DNA of 64,000 bases from Firmicutes bacterium UBA3943. Lineage in GTDB: Bacteria; Bacillota; UBA4882; UBA10575; UBA3943. The stretch covers positions 5,474 through 69,473 of the forward strand of contig DGDV01000021.1 of NCBI GenBank assembly GCA_002385625.1, written 5' to 3'. The notes under the pieces were generated by a model. The model saw nothing but the letters and a program-made list of their open reading frames with translations, was not told where the DNA came from and made no database searches. This document shows, in pieces, positions 35,713 to 46,005 of this stretch. How positions within the stretch are numbered: the stretch's first letter is position 1; each line of letters starts with the position of its first letter. Position numbers and translations under genes: made by a program.

Positions 35713-38567
35713 GGGAATCAAAACCGGAAGTTGTAGGATATCTTGCCGTAGTGCTTCATGCGCATCTTCCTTTTATCCCACATACCGCGGCGGAACCCAC
35801 TTTGGAAGAGAAGTGGTTGTTTGAAGCTTTAACTGAATCATACATTCCCTTCCTGCTTAGCTGGGAGAGGCTGGCCGAGGAAAATGTCCGGTTTCAACTG
35901 ACACTGTCAATATCCCCGCCCCTGTTGACCATGTTAACCGATTCGGTTGAGCTGGAACGTTACAGTAAGTACCTGCGAAATCTCCAGGAACTCTCCGAAC
36001 GGGAGGCGGAAAGGACAAGGAATGATCCCCATTATGCTGCAGTGGCGGAATTTTATCGCCGGCGTTTGCGGGAGATTGGCCACGCCTTCCATGAAAAATA
36101 CCGAACTGATCTGTTGGCACCGTTGAAAAAACTGAAAGAACTGGGTCATCTGGAGATCATCACCACCGGCGCTACCCATGGTTTCTTACCGCTCATGGCG
36201 ACGGAGGAGGCGAAATATGCCCAGCTTCATTTGGCCCTGGACTATTTTGAGGCCAAATTTGGCTGGCGGCCGTCGGGCATCTGGTTGCCGGAGTGCGGCT
36301 ATTGCCCTGGCCTGGAACGTCTTTTGGACAAATTGGGCATAGGCTATTTTATCATTTCATCCCACGGGATGCTAAGCGCCAATCCCCGGCCGGAGACGGC
36401 GGTCTATGCGCCGGTTCGGCTTGCCGGGACGCAGGTGAATGCCTTTGGCCGGGATTGGGAGACTTCCCATCAGGTCTGGAGCCGGACCGAAGGTTACCCT
36501 GGCGATTACTGGTACCGCGAGTTTTACCGGGATATTGGTTGGGATCTTGATTATGACTATCTTCAGCCCTATTTGCTAGGGGGAGTAAGAGGGGATACCG
36601 GGCTGAAGTACCACCGGATCACAGGTAAATCCGATTACAAAGAGGTATACCAACGCGATAAGGCATTGGAACGGGTCAAGGAGCATGCCCGGGACTTCCT
36701 GGCCAATCGCCAACGCCAGCTTAGCTACTGGCGGGGGACAATGAAACAACCGCCCATTGTCGTGGCACCCTATGATACGGAGCTCTTTGGCCATTGGTGG
36801 TTTGAGGGGCCGGACTGGTTGGAGGAGGTCTTGCGTCTGGTGGCCCAAAGGGACACGGGGATTGCCACCACGACCCTCCAAAGCTATCTATGGAAGTATC
36901 CGGCAAGTCACGAGGCAACCTTTGGACCGTCAAGTTGGGGTGAGGGCGGGTACAACCGGGTCTGGCTCAACGAAGAGAATGATTGGATCTATCCCCGCCT
37001 CCACCGGGCGGAAAAGCTGATAAAGGCCTTGACGGAGGGGTATCCACAACCCGGACCGGAGGTGAAAAGGGGATTAAACCAGGCGGTCCGGGAGTTGTTG
37101 TTGGCGCAGAGCAGTGACTGGCCCTTTATCCTCACCAACCGGACCGTCGTTGATTACGCCAGGGCCAGATTGGAGTGGCATCTGGGCCAGTGTGAACGTT
37201 TGTTGGTTGAACTGCTCACTAATGGTGTGGATCCGGCAAACTTAAGGTATTTGGAGGAGACCGACAGGGTATTTCCCGGCTTGGATTACCGGGTTTTCTG
37301 TTCCTTGCCTGCTTCGGACGGGGAGTTAATGGTGCCGGCGGGGCTGGCGGGGACAGTGGTGATCATGTTAAGTTGGGAATATCCTCCTTGGCATGTGGGA
37401 GGCCTGGGCGTTCATGTGCGGGATCTGGCGGAGACCATGGCCCGGCTTGGCCAGGCAGTCCATGTGGTCACCGTTTCACCGCATAACCAGGGGAAAACCA
37501 TTGTGCAAAACGGGGTTCATGTCCACTTTTTGGCTGTTGATGTGCCGCAGGAGGCCAGGGATGATTTTCTTGCTTGGGTCCTTCGTTTTAACTTGGTCAT
37601 GGCGGATTTCGCCGGGGAGATGGTGTTGCGGTCCCCCAAGGCCCGTTTTCTTCTTCATGCCCACGATTGGATGGTGGGCTATGCTGCAAGGGAGTTGAAG
37701 GCCAGATTTGACTTGCTGGGTGTGGCGACGATCCATGCTACCGAGCATGGGCGTAACCGGGGTTTGCACAATCCGCTCCAACATGCCATCCACCGGTTGG
37801 AAGAGGAGTTGGTTCATGGCGCCGACCGGGTGATCTGCTGCAGCCGTTACATGCAAAAGGAGATCGAAACTCTTTTCGGGTTGGCTGCCGACGGTGTCTA
37901 TATGATCCCCAATGCGGTGAATTTGTCACCGGCGGTGGAGATTGTCCGGAAGGAGCAGGTGATCCTCTTTATCGGCCGCTTGGTGGCGGAGAAGGGTGTC
38001 CAAGTACTAATTGAGGCCTTTGCCCGCTTAAGCGGCCTCTATCCCGACGCTTCGTTGGTTATAGCAGGATCCGGACCTTATACCGAGGAGTTGCAGAACA
38101 TGGTCCGCCGGTTGGGTTTGACAGACCGGATTCGGTTTATGGGTTTTGTTGCAGAGAAGGTCCGGGATGAGTTGCTGAAGAGTTGCAGTATTGCTGTTTT
38201 TCCCAGTTTATATGAGCCCTTTGGAATTGTTGCCTTGGAGGCAATGGCCAGCGGTACGCCGGTGGTTGTTTCCCGGACCGGAGGTTTGGCGGAGATAGTC
38301 GAGGACGGGGTATCCGGGCTCTGTTTCACTCCGGGGGATGCCGGTGAACTCCAGCGTTGCTTGGTGAAGCTGTTACAAAGTCCTGCCACTGCCCGGGAGT
38401 TGAGTAAAAACGCCCGCTTGCGGGTGGAGCAGGAATTTAACTGGGAAGCAGTGGCCAAACGCACCCTTGAGGTGTATCATCGGGAGCAGCCGGTGGTTGG
38501 GGCCAAGGACAATGAGGGGGCAGACGACAGACAGCGCGAACCGGTTTTGGTTCCTGCCGAGGTTTGA
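35709..38567 (+). CDS. GH57 1,4-alpha-glucan branching enzyme fused to GT4 glycosyltransferase
   Basis: HAHLP, WLPEC, DTELFGHWWFEG, AQSSDW; then WEYPP..VGGL, HAHDW, HATE, PSLYEPFGIVALEAM. Confidence 0.92.
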   Translation: MRESKPEVVGYLAVVLHAHLPFIPHTAAEPTLEEKWLFEALTESYIPFLLSWERLAEENVRFQLTLSISPPLLTMLTDSVELERYSKYLRNLQELSEREAERTRNDPHYAAVAEFYRRRLREIGHAFHEKYRTDLLAPLKKLKELGHLEIITTGATHGFLPLMATEEAKYAQLHLALDYFEAKFGWRPSGIWLPECGYCPGLERLLDKLGIGYFIISSHGMLSANPRPETAVYAPVRLAGTQVNAFGRDWETSHQVWSRTEGYPGDYWYREFYRDIGWDLDYDYLQPYLLGGVRGDTGLKYHRITGKSDYKEVYQRDKALERVKEHARDFLANRQRQLSYWRGTMKQPPIVVAPYDTELFGHWWFEGPDWLEEVLRLVAQRDTGIATTTLQSYLWKYPASHEATFGPSSWGEGGYNRVWLNEENDWIYPRLHRAEKLIKALTEGYPQPGPEVKRGLNQAVRELLLAQSSDWPFILTNRTVVDYARARLEWHLGQCERLLVELLTNGVDPANLRYLEETDRVFPGLDYRVFCSLPASDGELMVPAGLAGTVVIMLSWEYPPWHVGGLGVHVRDLAETMARLGQAVHVVTVSPHNQGKTIVQNGVHVHFLAVDVPQEARDDFLAWVLRFNLVMADFAGEMVLRSPKARFLLHAHDWMVGYAARELKARFDLLGVATIHATEHGRNRGLHNPLQHAIHRLEEELVHGADRVICCSRYMQKEIETLFGLAADGVYMIPNAVNLSPAVEIVRKEQVILFIGRLVAEKGVQVLIEAFARLSGLYPDASLVIAGSGPYTEELQNMVRRLGLTDRIRFMGFVAEKVRDELLKSCSIAVFPSLYEPFGIVALEAMASGTPVVVSRTGGLAEIVEDGVSGLCFTPGDAGELQRCLVKLLQSPATARELSKNARLRVEQEFNWEAVAKRTLEVYHREQPVVGAKDNEGADDRQREPVLVPAEV

Positions 38568-38600
38568 AAGCAGAGATGAGAAATTATTTGCGTTGATTGC

Positions 38601-38635
38601 GACAGCGCCACTTGACTGGAGCTGTCTCTTTTTTT
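38601..38635 (+). terminator. Terminator after GH57-GT4
   Basis: GACAGC.CCA...TGG.GCTGTC-TCTTTTTTT. Confidence 0.7.
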
Positions 38636-38701
38636 AAGCTATAAATTGAGGATTGGCATGGTAAAATTGTTAAAGGCGGACAGAAAAGGAGCAGCCAGCA
38701 G

Positions 38702-39355
38702 ATGTTCACCCGCAAACTCCGAAATTATTTTTTGACCGGTTTGTTCACCATTCTGCCGATTATTGTCACAGGCTACATTTTGGTTTGGGGCTTTACTTGG
38801 GCTGATGGGATTCTGGGCCGGTTTGTGATTAAGGTTTTCCGGCGCCCGGTGCCGGGTATGGGTTTGTTGATCTCCCTGGTGTTTGTGACGGTGCTTGGAA
38901 TATTTGCCAAAAATTATTTAGGAAGCCGGCTTGTGGGTTTTATTGAGAGAATCATCCTCCAGATCCCACTGGCCGGGAATATTTACGGGACCACCAAGCA
39001 GATCATGGAAGCAATCTCGTCGCCGGATAAAACTTTCTTCCGGTCGGTGGTGATGGTGGAATACCCCCGGCCGGGCATGTTCTCCCCCGGTTTTATCGTG
39101 GGGAAAGCTCCGGTGCCCGAGGCTTCGGTTGACGCAACGGAAGAAGCGGGGGAGCCGGTGACGGTCTTTATTCCAACCACGCCGAATCCCGCCACGGGCT
39201 TTTTGGTTTTTGTCCCAGAAAGCCAAATCACACCCTTGCCCATGAGTGTGGAGGAGGGGCTCAAGTTCTTCCTGTCGGTGGGGGTAGTTCACCCCAACCA
39301 CGAGAAGACCGGTTCTTTGGGGCAGGAAAATTCCCTGGTTAACAGGAATAAGTAG
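38702..39355 (+). CDS. DUF502 membrane protein
   Basis: F.TGL..ILP, IP....IY...KQ, VEYPR.G, FIPTTPNP.TGF. Confidence 0.88.
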   Translation: MFTRKLRNYFLTGLFTILPIIVTGYILVWGFTWADGILGRFVIKVFRRPVPGMGLLISLVFVTVLGIFAKNYLGSRLVGFIERIILQIPLAGNIYGTTKQIMEAISSPDKTFFRSVVMVEYPRPGMFSPGFIVGKAPVPEASVDATEEAGEPVTVFIPTTPNPATGFLVFVPESQITPLPMSVEEGLKFFLSVGVVHPNHEKTGSLGQENSLVNRNK

Positions 39356-39380
39356 AGTAATAACAGTTGCAGGTGATAAT

Positions 39381-39980
39381 ATGGCATCGGAAAGGAAAAC
39401 CGCAATTCTCCAAGCTTTTCAGAACCGGGTCAGCCGGGTTGGCTTTGATAAAACCACCATGGCTGATGTGGCCAGGGATGCCGGGGTAAGTGTTGGCGCC
39501 ATCTACAAGGACTTCGCCAACAAGGAAGAACTGGTGGATGCATGTATAGAACAATTATATGACTGGGTGATTGAACGTTGTCGCCGGCTGGTGGACGAGG
39601 AATTAGAACCTGAGGCATCGTTGCACCATTTCTTGAAGGGCCTGATTGGGGTCTTGCAAGAACTCAGCAATAATAACAAGGCTGTCGAACAGTTTATGCA
39701 GGAGGAGTTTATTCTCAAGCACATAAAGAAGAATGTTTCCCTCCGTGACCGGGCCTTGCGGGATATCTCCTCCCTGGTGGAGAATATAATTACCCGCGGG
39801 GTGCGGCAAGGTGTTTTTTATACAACCAACCCCCGGACCACAGCGGCCCTGTTGCTCATGGCCTTTGTGCCGTTTTATCTTCTGCCGGAGGATGAACACG
39901 CCAAGTCTACTCCGGACTTTGAGGAGATGTTTGCCTTTTTAATGCGGGCATTGAAAAATTGCGGGGAAATGGGGGATTAA
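39381..39980 (+). CDS. TetR/AcrR-family regulator
   Basis: GFDKTTMADVARDAGVSVGAIYKDFANKEEL HTH. Confidence 0.92.
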   Translation: MASERKTAILQAFQNRVSRVGFDKTTMADVARDAGVSVGAIYKDFANKEELVDACIEQLYDWVIERCRRLVDEELEPEASLHHFLKGLIGVLQELSNNNKAVEQFMQEEFILKHIKKNVSLRDRALRDISSLVENIITRGVRQGVFYTTNPRTTAALLLMAFVPFYLLPEDEHAKSTPDFEEMFAFLMRALKNCGEMGD

Positions 39981-39992
39981 CCTTAATTTTAC

Positions 39993-40021
39993 TTGACGGG
40001 TTAATACATCCAGTGTATGAT
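39993..40021 (+). promoter_or_regulatory. SigA promoter upstream of efflux operon
   Basis: TTGACG-N17-TATGAT. Confidence 0.75.
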
Positions 40022-40059
40022 CAAAAGTAGCGAGAAAAATGAATTTTTTTATTACCTGG

Positions 40060-40086
40060 CGTGAATAAAATTGAAATATGTTCACG
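40060..40086. promoter_or_regulatory. Palindromic operator 1 (probable TetR site)
   Basis: CGTGAA-N15-TTCACG. Confidence 0.7.
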
Positions 40087-40253
40087 GCGATTGTCTTTCC
40101 GATTAGTTGCGACAATTTGGGTGCTGTCATTAGAAACAGGGGCCTTAGGATGGTGAGCGATCTCATAATTACTTGATTGAATTTAAAAAGTCAATTCAAA
40201 ATACTTCCCGATAAATAAGTTTTATAGTGAGGAAGTATATAATTTTTACCTTA

Positions 40254-40280
40254 CGTGAACAAAATCGTAAAATATTCACG
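40254..40280. promoter_or_regulatory. Palindromic operator 2 (probable TetR site)
   Basis: CGTGAA-N15-TTCACG; overlaps TTTACC-N17-TAAAAT. Confidence 0.7.
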
Positions 40281-40354
40281 AAACATATCTTAACTTTGAT
40301 GGTGAAAAAAGTTAAATTATATTGATAAAGTATTCCTGTAGAGGAGGAGATTTC

Positions 40355-41386
40355 ATGAAAAAGTTTTTTTCCGCGGCTTTGATCCTTATGATTTTGTTTT
40401 CCGGGTGCAGTTGGAATAAGAAAAAAGCTGACTCAAAAAGCATGGAGCAAATTCATAAGGAAAGCGGTGTTCCCGTTACAGTTCGGACCTTGGTGGAGGA
40501 GCCGTTTTCTACCGTATTAACCTATGCGACAACACTTAAGGCGACTTCGGAAGCAACAGCCTATGCCGCCATCACCGATGTGGTGGAAACCGTCGGGGCC
40601 GGTATTGGTGAATATGTGCAGAAAGATCAAGTTATCATCGGATTTCCGAAGACAAATCCGCAGATGAATTACTATCAAGCCAAAGCGGCTTATGAAAATG
40701 CCAAAGCGACTCATGAACGGATGAAGAATCTTTATGAACATGAGGTAATCTCCAAACAAGAATACGATAACGCTGACGCTGCGTATCAGGTGGCCAAGGC
40801 CAATTGGCAGGCTGTAAACGAGGTTATAAACGTCAAAGCTCCCATCAGCGGTTATATCACCCAACTCTATGTTCATCCTTCCAGCAATGTGGCGCCGGGC
40901 ACCCCTCTGTTTACCGTCTCCAACTTGGAACGTATGGAGGCGCAGGTTTGGGTTCCCGAGACGGAAATCGCCCGGATCCGCCGGGGCCAAATTGGCATGC
41001 TGGAATGGGACGGGAAACGTTTTGAAGGAAAAGTTACCAAAGTCAATATGGTAATGGATCCCGCGAAGAAGGCCTTTGATGTCCGGGTGGAGTTCCCCAA
41101 CGGTGAGCGGCTCCTGACCAGCGGGATTACCACAAACATCAGGATCGAAACGTACCGTAGTTCGGCTATTGTTGTTGCCCGTCAGGAACTGGTGAAGGAG
41201 GACGGGAAGTATTTCGCCTATGTGGTTGAGGATAATAAAGCCCAAAAACGTCCGGTTACGATCGGAAAGGAACAAGGACTTTACCTCGAAATTACTTCCG
41301 GGTTAAAGCCGGGTGAGCGGTTAATTAGCCAAGGGAATGAATTGGTGGCCGACGGTACACTGGTTCGGATTGTTTCAGCGAAGTAG
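40355..41386 (+). CDS. RND efflux membrane-fusion (adaptor) lipoprotein
   Basis: Lipobox FSGC, ISKQEYD, KAPISG, GLKPGE; ATG after GAGGAGG. Confidence 0.92.
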   Translation: MKKFFSAALILMILFSGCSWNKKKADSKSMEQIHKESGVPVTVRTLVEEPFSTVLTYATTLKATSEATAYAAITDVVETVGAGIGEYVQKDQVIIGFPKTNPQMNYYQAKAAYENAKATHERMKNLYEHEVISKQEYDNADAAYQVAKANWQAVNEVINVKAPISGYITQLYVHPSSNVAPGTPLFTVSNLERMEAQVWVPETEIARIRRGQIGMLEWDGKRFEGKVTKVNMVMDPAKKAFDVRVEFPNGERLLTSGITTNIRIETYRSSAIVVARQELVKEDGKYFAYVVEDNKAQKRPVTIGKEQGLYLEITSGLKPGERLISQGNELVADGTLVRIVSAK

Positions 41387-41414
41387 TCTGAAGAATTGAA
41401 AAGGGGGCTTACCA

Positions 41415-44400
41415 ATGGTCCTGTCGGATCTCTCGATTAAACGCCCGGTTATGATGAGCATGATTCTGTTAACCCTGCTCCTCTTTGGGATCTTGGGTTA
41501 TCTGGAACTGCCGTTGACATTATTGCCCGAGCCTAACCAGCCATATATCATAGTCAAGGTGATTTATGCCGGGGCCGGGCCTTTGGTTGTGGAAAACCAA
41601 GTAACCAAGAAAATTGAAGATGAAGTAGCCAGCCTGGGACAGGTTAAATCCATTAAATCCTATTCTCTGGATAGTGCGGCCCTGATCCAGATTGAATTTG
41701 AGATTAATAAGGACGAGAACATTGCCCACCAGGAAGTCCGGGAGAAGATTGATAAGATCCTGAATGACCTGCCGGACGGGGCGGAAAAACCAGTGGTCGA
41801 GAAGTACAAGATCTCCGATCGCCCGATTATGCGGATTATTGCGGAAGGGCAGTTGGAACCCACCGCGCTTTATGATCTGGTGGATAAGCGGATTAAAGAT
41901 CGCATTGCCCAAGTGCCGGGTGTCGGTAAGGTTGAGGTTTTGGGCGGTGAAGAACGGGAGATCCGGGTGGAATTTGACAAGCGTTCCGTTTTTGAGAACA
42001 ACATCTCCCTGGCGGAGATTGGCGCCTTCCTGCAAGCCGCCAACCTGGAGATGCCCGGCGGTAATTTGCAACAAGAGGGACAAGAGTTTTCCGTGCGGTT
42101 AAAAGGAGAGTTTCCTTCGGTACAGGCCATCGAGGAATTGGATATCCCCATGAACAATACGGTTAAGAAGTTGCGCCAGATTGCCCAGGTTAAGGACGGC
42201 ACCAAAGAAGTGCGTGAACGCGTTACCTTCTTCGACGGGAAAAAGCAGAGTAAGAATGCGGTTTTGATCGAGGTAACCAGAACACCTACAGGTAATACGG
42301 TGCAAGCAGTCAGAGCGGTGACCAAAATGCTGCCGTCCATTGAGGAGGAACTGGGGGGACGGGTTAAGCTTATCGTGGCTTCGGAAGACGCGAAGATTGT
42401 CCAGGATTCGGTGGATGATGCCACAAGTACGATTGTGATGGGGATTATTCTCACTGCTTTGATCCTCTTCTTCTTCCTGCATGATTGGCGGTCAACACTG
42501 ATTGTGGCCTTGGCCATGCCCTTTTCCATTATCCCCACCTTCATGGTTATGCGCGGCCTGGGGATTACCCTGAATATCCTCTCATTGATGGGTCTGTCAA
42601 CGGCCAGTGGGATCTTGGTCGCCAATGCGGTGGTGGTCTTGGAGAATATCTTCCGCCATAAGGGCTTGGGTCGGGACCGGAAGGAATCGGCTCGTTTAGG
42701 CACGGCGGAAGTGGCTGTGGCGGTCTTGGCCTCGACCTTAACCAATATTGTTGTGTTCCTGCCGTTGGCGAACATGAAAGGCCTTGTCGGTGTTTATCTA
42801 CGGGATTTTGCACTGACGATCGTGATTTCTACAGTCTTCTCTCTGTTGATTTCTTTTACCCTCACGCCGTTGATGGCCTCATTGGTCCTGCCTGAGCGGG
42901 TAAAACCGGCGGGAAGAGTCAGCAAATATCTGGAGCGTCTCTTTACGTCTTGGGAGAATTGGTACCGGGGGCTCTTGGCCAAAGTTCTTAAGAGTAAAAA
43001 GAGTTGTCTGGTAACGGTTTTAATCACAATTGGTCTGATGGTCATTGCCTTTGCTCTGTTCCCGTTAGTGAAAACCGAATTTATGCCCAACTTGGACACA
43101 AATAAAATCACCGTTGAGATCGAACTTCCCCAGGGCTATGACCTGGATGAAACGGCAAAGGTCCGGGCGGAGGTGGAAAGGCGCATCAGGCAATTTAGAG
43201 AAGTCAAATCCATCGTTGCCAACGAAGGACGCCTTTCCGAGCAGGATCAAGGGGTGCACCTGGCCTTGCTCACCGTTGACCTGGTGGATAAAGAAGACCG
43301 GGATTTGAGTAGTGAGGAATTGGCGTCCCAAATGATTCAAGCTTGTGCGGATATTCCCAATGCCAAGCTGAGGATCAATTCTGCCGGTGCCACGTCGATT
43401 TTGGGTCAACCCATCGATTTTTACCTGCAGGGTCAAGATATGGATGAGCTTGAACGGTACGCTGAGAAGTTATTGGCGAAGCTCGAGAAGATTCCCGGTT
43501 TAACAAACATTAACACCAGTACCAGGCCGGGGAAACCTGAGATCACCTTGGAACCGGACCGGACCAAAATGGCTGAGGCTGGCATTACCATTGCCAATTT
43601 AGCTACTTCTCTCCGGACCGCTTTGGAAGGAGTTGTCTTTACCCAATATAAAGAGGGCGGCAATGAGTATGATCTGCGGGTGGTCCTGAAGGATGATTCC
43701 TTAAAGAGTTATGAAGATCTGCGGAATGTTCCCGTTGTGACAAGACGGGGGGTCTACCCCATCTCCTATTTTGCGGATCTGCGTTTTACCGAAAGTTACA
43801 ATAAGATTGTCCATCGGGATAAATATAAGGCTATTGAGTTTACAGCCTCGTTACTGCCAGGGTATGTTCTGGGCGATATGACGCAAGCGATTAACCGGGC
43901 TGTGAACGAACTGGAGCTTCCTACAGGTTACAAGATTCGTTGGAGTGGTAATGCTGAGCTGATGGAGGAGACCATTAGGGAAATGAGCTTCGCTCTGGTG
44001 TTGGCGATCATTTTAACCTTCATTCTGTTAGCAGCTACACTGGAGAAATTCGGTCAATCCCTGTTGATCCTTACGACAGTACCTTTGTGCCTCATCGGTG
44101 TTCTTTTCAGCCTGTTGTCAACGGGCGTTACCCTGAGCGCCATCTCTCTGTTGAGTGTCATTATGTTGGTTGGTATGGTGGTCAACAACGCCATTTTGAT
44201 CCTGGATTACGCCAATCAATTGCAGGACAGAGGGATGGATCTTAAAGCAGCGCTGCTGGAAGCCTGTCCGGCCAAGTTTAAGGCAATTCTCATGTCCAAC
44301 CTGGCCGCCATCCTGGGAATGTTACCCATGGCCTTGGGGATTGGGGCAAGCGGCGCTGAGGTCCGTCAACCGATGGGTATCGTTACCATTGGAGGTATCA

Positions 44401-44510
44401 TATCTGCAACCATTTTGACGCTGGTCTTCATCCCGGCGGTGGAGTACGGGCTCCAGCGCACAAAGGAGAAGATCACAAGAAGGATGAACGGAGAAACATT
44501 ATTCTCCTGA
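41415..44510 (+). CDS. RND efflux permease (AcrB/HAE1 family)
   Basis: SIKRP, VE.QVT..IE, VVLENI, VVNNAILILD; 1031 aa. Confidence 0.95.
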   Translation: MVLSDLSIKRPVMMSMILLTLLLFGILGYLELPLTLLPEPNQPYIIVKVIYAGAGPLVVENQVTKKIEDEVASLGQVKSIKSYSLDSAALIQIEFEINKDENIAHQEVREKIDKILNDLPDGAEKPVVEKYKISDRPIMRIIAEGQLEPTALYDLVDKRIKDRIAQVPGVGKVEVLGGEEREIRVEFDKRSVFENNISLAEIGAFLQAANLEMPGGNLQQEGQEFSVRLKGEFPSVQAIEELDIPMNNTVKKLRQIAQVKDGTKEVRERVTFFDGKKQSKNAVLIEVTRTPTGNTVQAVRAVTKMLPSIEEELGGRVKLIVASEDAKIVQDSVDDATSTIVMGIILTALILFFFLHDWRSTLIVALAMPFSIIPTFMVMRGLGITLNILSLMGLSTASGILVANAVVVLENIFRHKGLGRDRKESARLGTAEVAVAVLASTLTNIVVFLPLANMKGLVGVYLRDFALTIVISTVFSLLISFTLTPLMASLVLPERVKPAGRVSKYLERLFTSWENWYRGLLAKVLKSKKSCLVTVLITIGLMVIAFALFPLVKTEFMPNLDTNKITVEIELPQGYDLDETAKVRAEVERRIRQFREVKSIVANEGRLSEQDQGVHLALLTVDLVDKEDRDLSSEELASQMIQACADIPNAKLRINSAGATSILGQPIDFYLQGQDMDELERYAEKLLAKLEKIPGLTNINTSTRPGKPEITLEPDRTKMAEAGITIANLATSLRTALEGVVFTQYKEGGNEYDLRVVLKDDSLKSYEDLRNVPVVTRRGVYPISYFADLRFTESYNKIVHRDKYKAIEFTASLLPGYVLGDMTQAINRAVNELELPTGYKIRWSGNAELMEETIREMSFALVLAIILTFILLAATLEKFGQSLLILTTVPLCLIGVLFSLLSTGVTLSAISLLSVIMLVGMVVNNAILILDYANQLQDRGMDLKAALLEACPAKFKAILMSNLAAILGMLPMALGIGASGAEVRQPMGIVTIGGIISATILTLVFIPAVEYGLQRTKEKITRRMNGETLFS

Positions 44511-44569
44511 CATGCTAATGTCGTTAAAAAGTTAGGTAACCGGATAATATAAGGGCCGGAGGGAAAAAA

Positions 44570-45886
44570 ATGAGAAGAAGAGGGCTGGTCGGACTATTGC
44601 TGGTCGGTGCTGTGCTGTTGGCGACGGCAACGGCGAGGGGCGAAAGCCCATTGCCCGAACCGGGGCTGCTGACGATAGAGCGCTGTCTTGAACTTGGTTT
44701 GCAAAACAGCGAACAGCTCAAGGTGGCCGATCATCAGTTGGCAATTGCCCGGCAGAGGATGGCGGAAGCAAAGGCAGGATTTTGGCCTACCATCCAATAC
44801 CTGCTGGCCTATAATCAGGTCAGTAAAGGCGACGGCGATTATACACCTAAAGGGCCGGGACCGGAGAAGACCTATTCCGGTTCCTTGACGTTGACCCAGC
44901 CGATTTATACCGGCGGTAAACTGGAAGCAGCCTATGAGATTGCCCGGCGGCAGGTGGAGATGGCCGAGGAGAACATCCGCCAGGTCAAGCAAAAACTGAC
45001 TTATAGCATTAAAGAGGCCTATTACCAAGTGTGCTTGGCCGAAGAGACGCTGCAGGTCAGTGAGAATGCCTACAACAATCTCCACCGCCATTATCAATTG
45101 GTGGAAAAACGCTACCAAGCCGGTACCGCTTCAAAATTTGAACTGCTGCGGGCCCATGTCCAATGGGAAAACCTGAAACCACAAGTGATCAGGGCAAAGA
45201 ACGGCGTAAACTTAGCCAAACTTAACTTAGCCACCTTGATCGGTTTGGAAGACACAGTTGAATTTAGTGTGGATTTGGTAGGTAAATCCTTCAAAATCGA
45301 CCGAGCGGAGGACTTTTCCAAAGAAACACTGCTGGCGGCAGCGTTGGAGAACAGGCCGGAGATGCGCCAGATGAAGCTGAATGCTCTGGTGGCCCAGACT
45401 CAAACCAAACTGACGGAGGCTTGGTATAAACCGAATATTGCTACCACATTAACTCTACAGAACAAAGGAAGTTTTGACCCGGACAAACATAATCCCGTCT
45501 GGAAGATTAACCTGGGGTTGAGCGGTCTGCTGTACGACAGTGGCCAGGCCAAGGCCAAGATCAAAGCGGCCCAGGAGAATGAGGGGCTGGTCGCAGCCCA
45601 AACCAGGAACTTGGCGGACCTCCTTAATTTGGAGGTGGACCAGGTTCTGAAGAAGTTGGAGGAAAATAGGGAGGTAATTTTGGCTAACCAAGCCAACATT
45701 ACCCTGGCTGAAGAAGCCCTGAAATTGACGGAGATTCGCTTTCAATCGGGAATGGCCACAACAATGGATGTGATCGATGCCCAGTTGGCTCTGGACCAAG
45801 CTCTCAACGGGTACTACGGCGGGGTGTATGCTTACCTGACCACATTAGCCCAGCTTGATCTGGCGATAGGCAAGGATTTTGACTGA
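44570..45886 (+). CDS. TolC-family outer-membrane efflux protein
   Basis: Signal peptide, duplicated OEP repeat (QPIYTGG, RYQAG.ASKFELL / RFQSG.AT..DV.DAQ). Confidence 0.9.
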   Translation: MRRRGLVGLLLVGAVLLATATARGESPLPEPGLLTIERCLELGLQNSEQLKVADHQLAIARQRMAEAKAGFWPTIQYLLAYNQVSKGDGDYTPKGPGPEKTYSGSLTLTQPIYTGGKLEAAYEIARRQVEMAEENIRQVKQKLTYSIKEAYYQVCLAEETLQVSENAYNNLHRHYQLVEKRYQAGTASKFELLRAHVQWENLKPQVIRAKNGVNLAKLNLATLIGLEDTVEFSVDLVGKSFKIDRAEDFSKETLLAAALENRPEMRQMKLNALVAQTQTKLTEAWYKPNIATTLTLQNKGSFDPDKHNPVWKINLGLSGLLYDSGQAKAKIKAAQENEGLVAAQTRNLADLLNLEVDQVLKKLEENREVILANQANITLAEEALKLTEIRFQSGMATTMDVIDAQLALDQALNGYYGGVYAYLTTLAQLDLAIGKDFD

Positions 45887-46005
45887 ACATTTCCTGAGCC
45901 GGCGAATCCCGCGTTTGCAGGAAACTACTAAGTTATACTTGCTTATGGCAGTAAACTTGGATACTATTAAATTAGTTTTCAAGCATTAAGTGGGGGCGAG
46001 TCACG

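Noticed and set aside
41870..42775. 301-aa antisense ORF inside the RND permease
   Set aside because: Antisense shadow of a hydrophobic coding region
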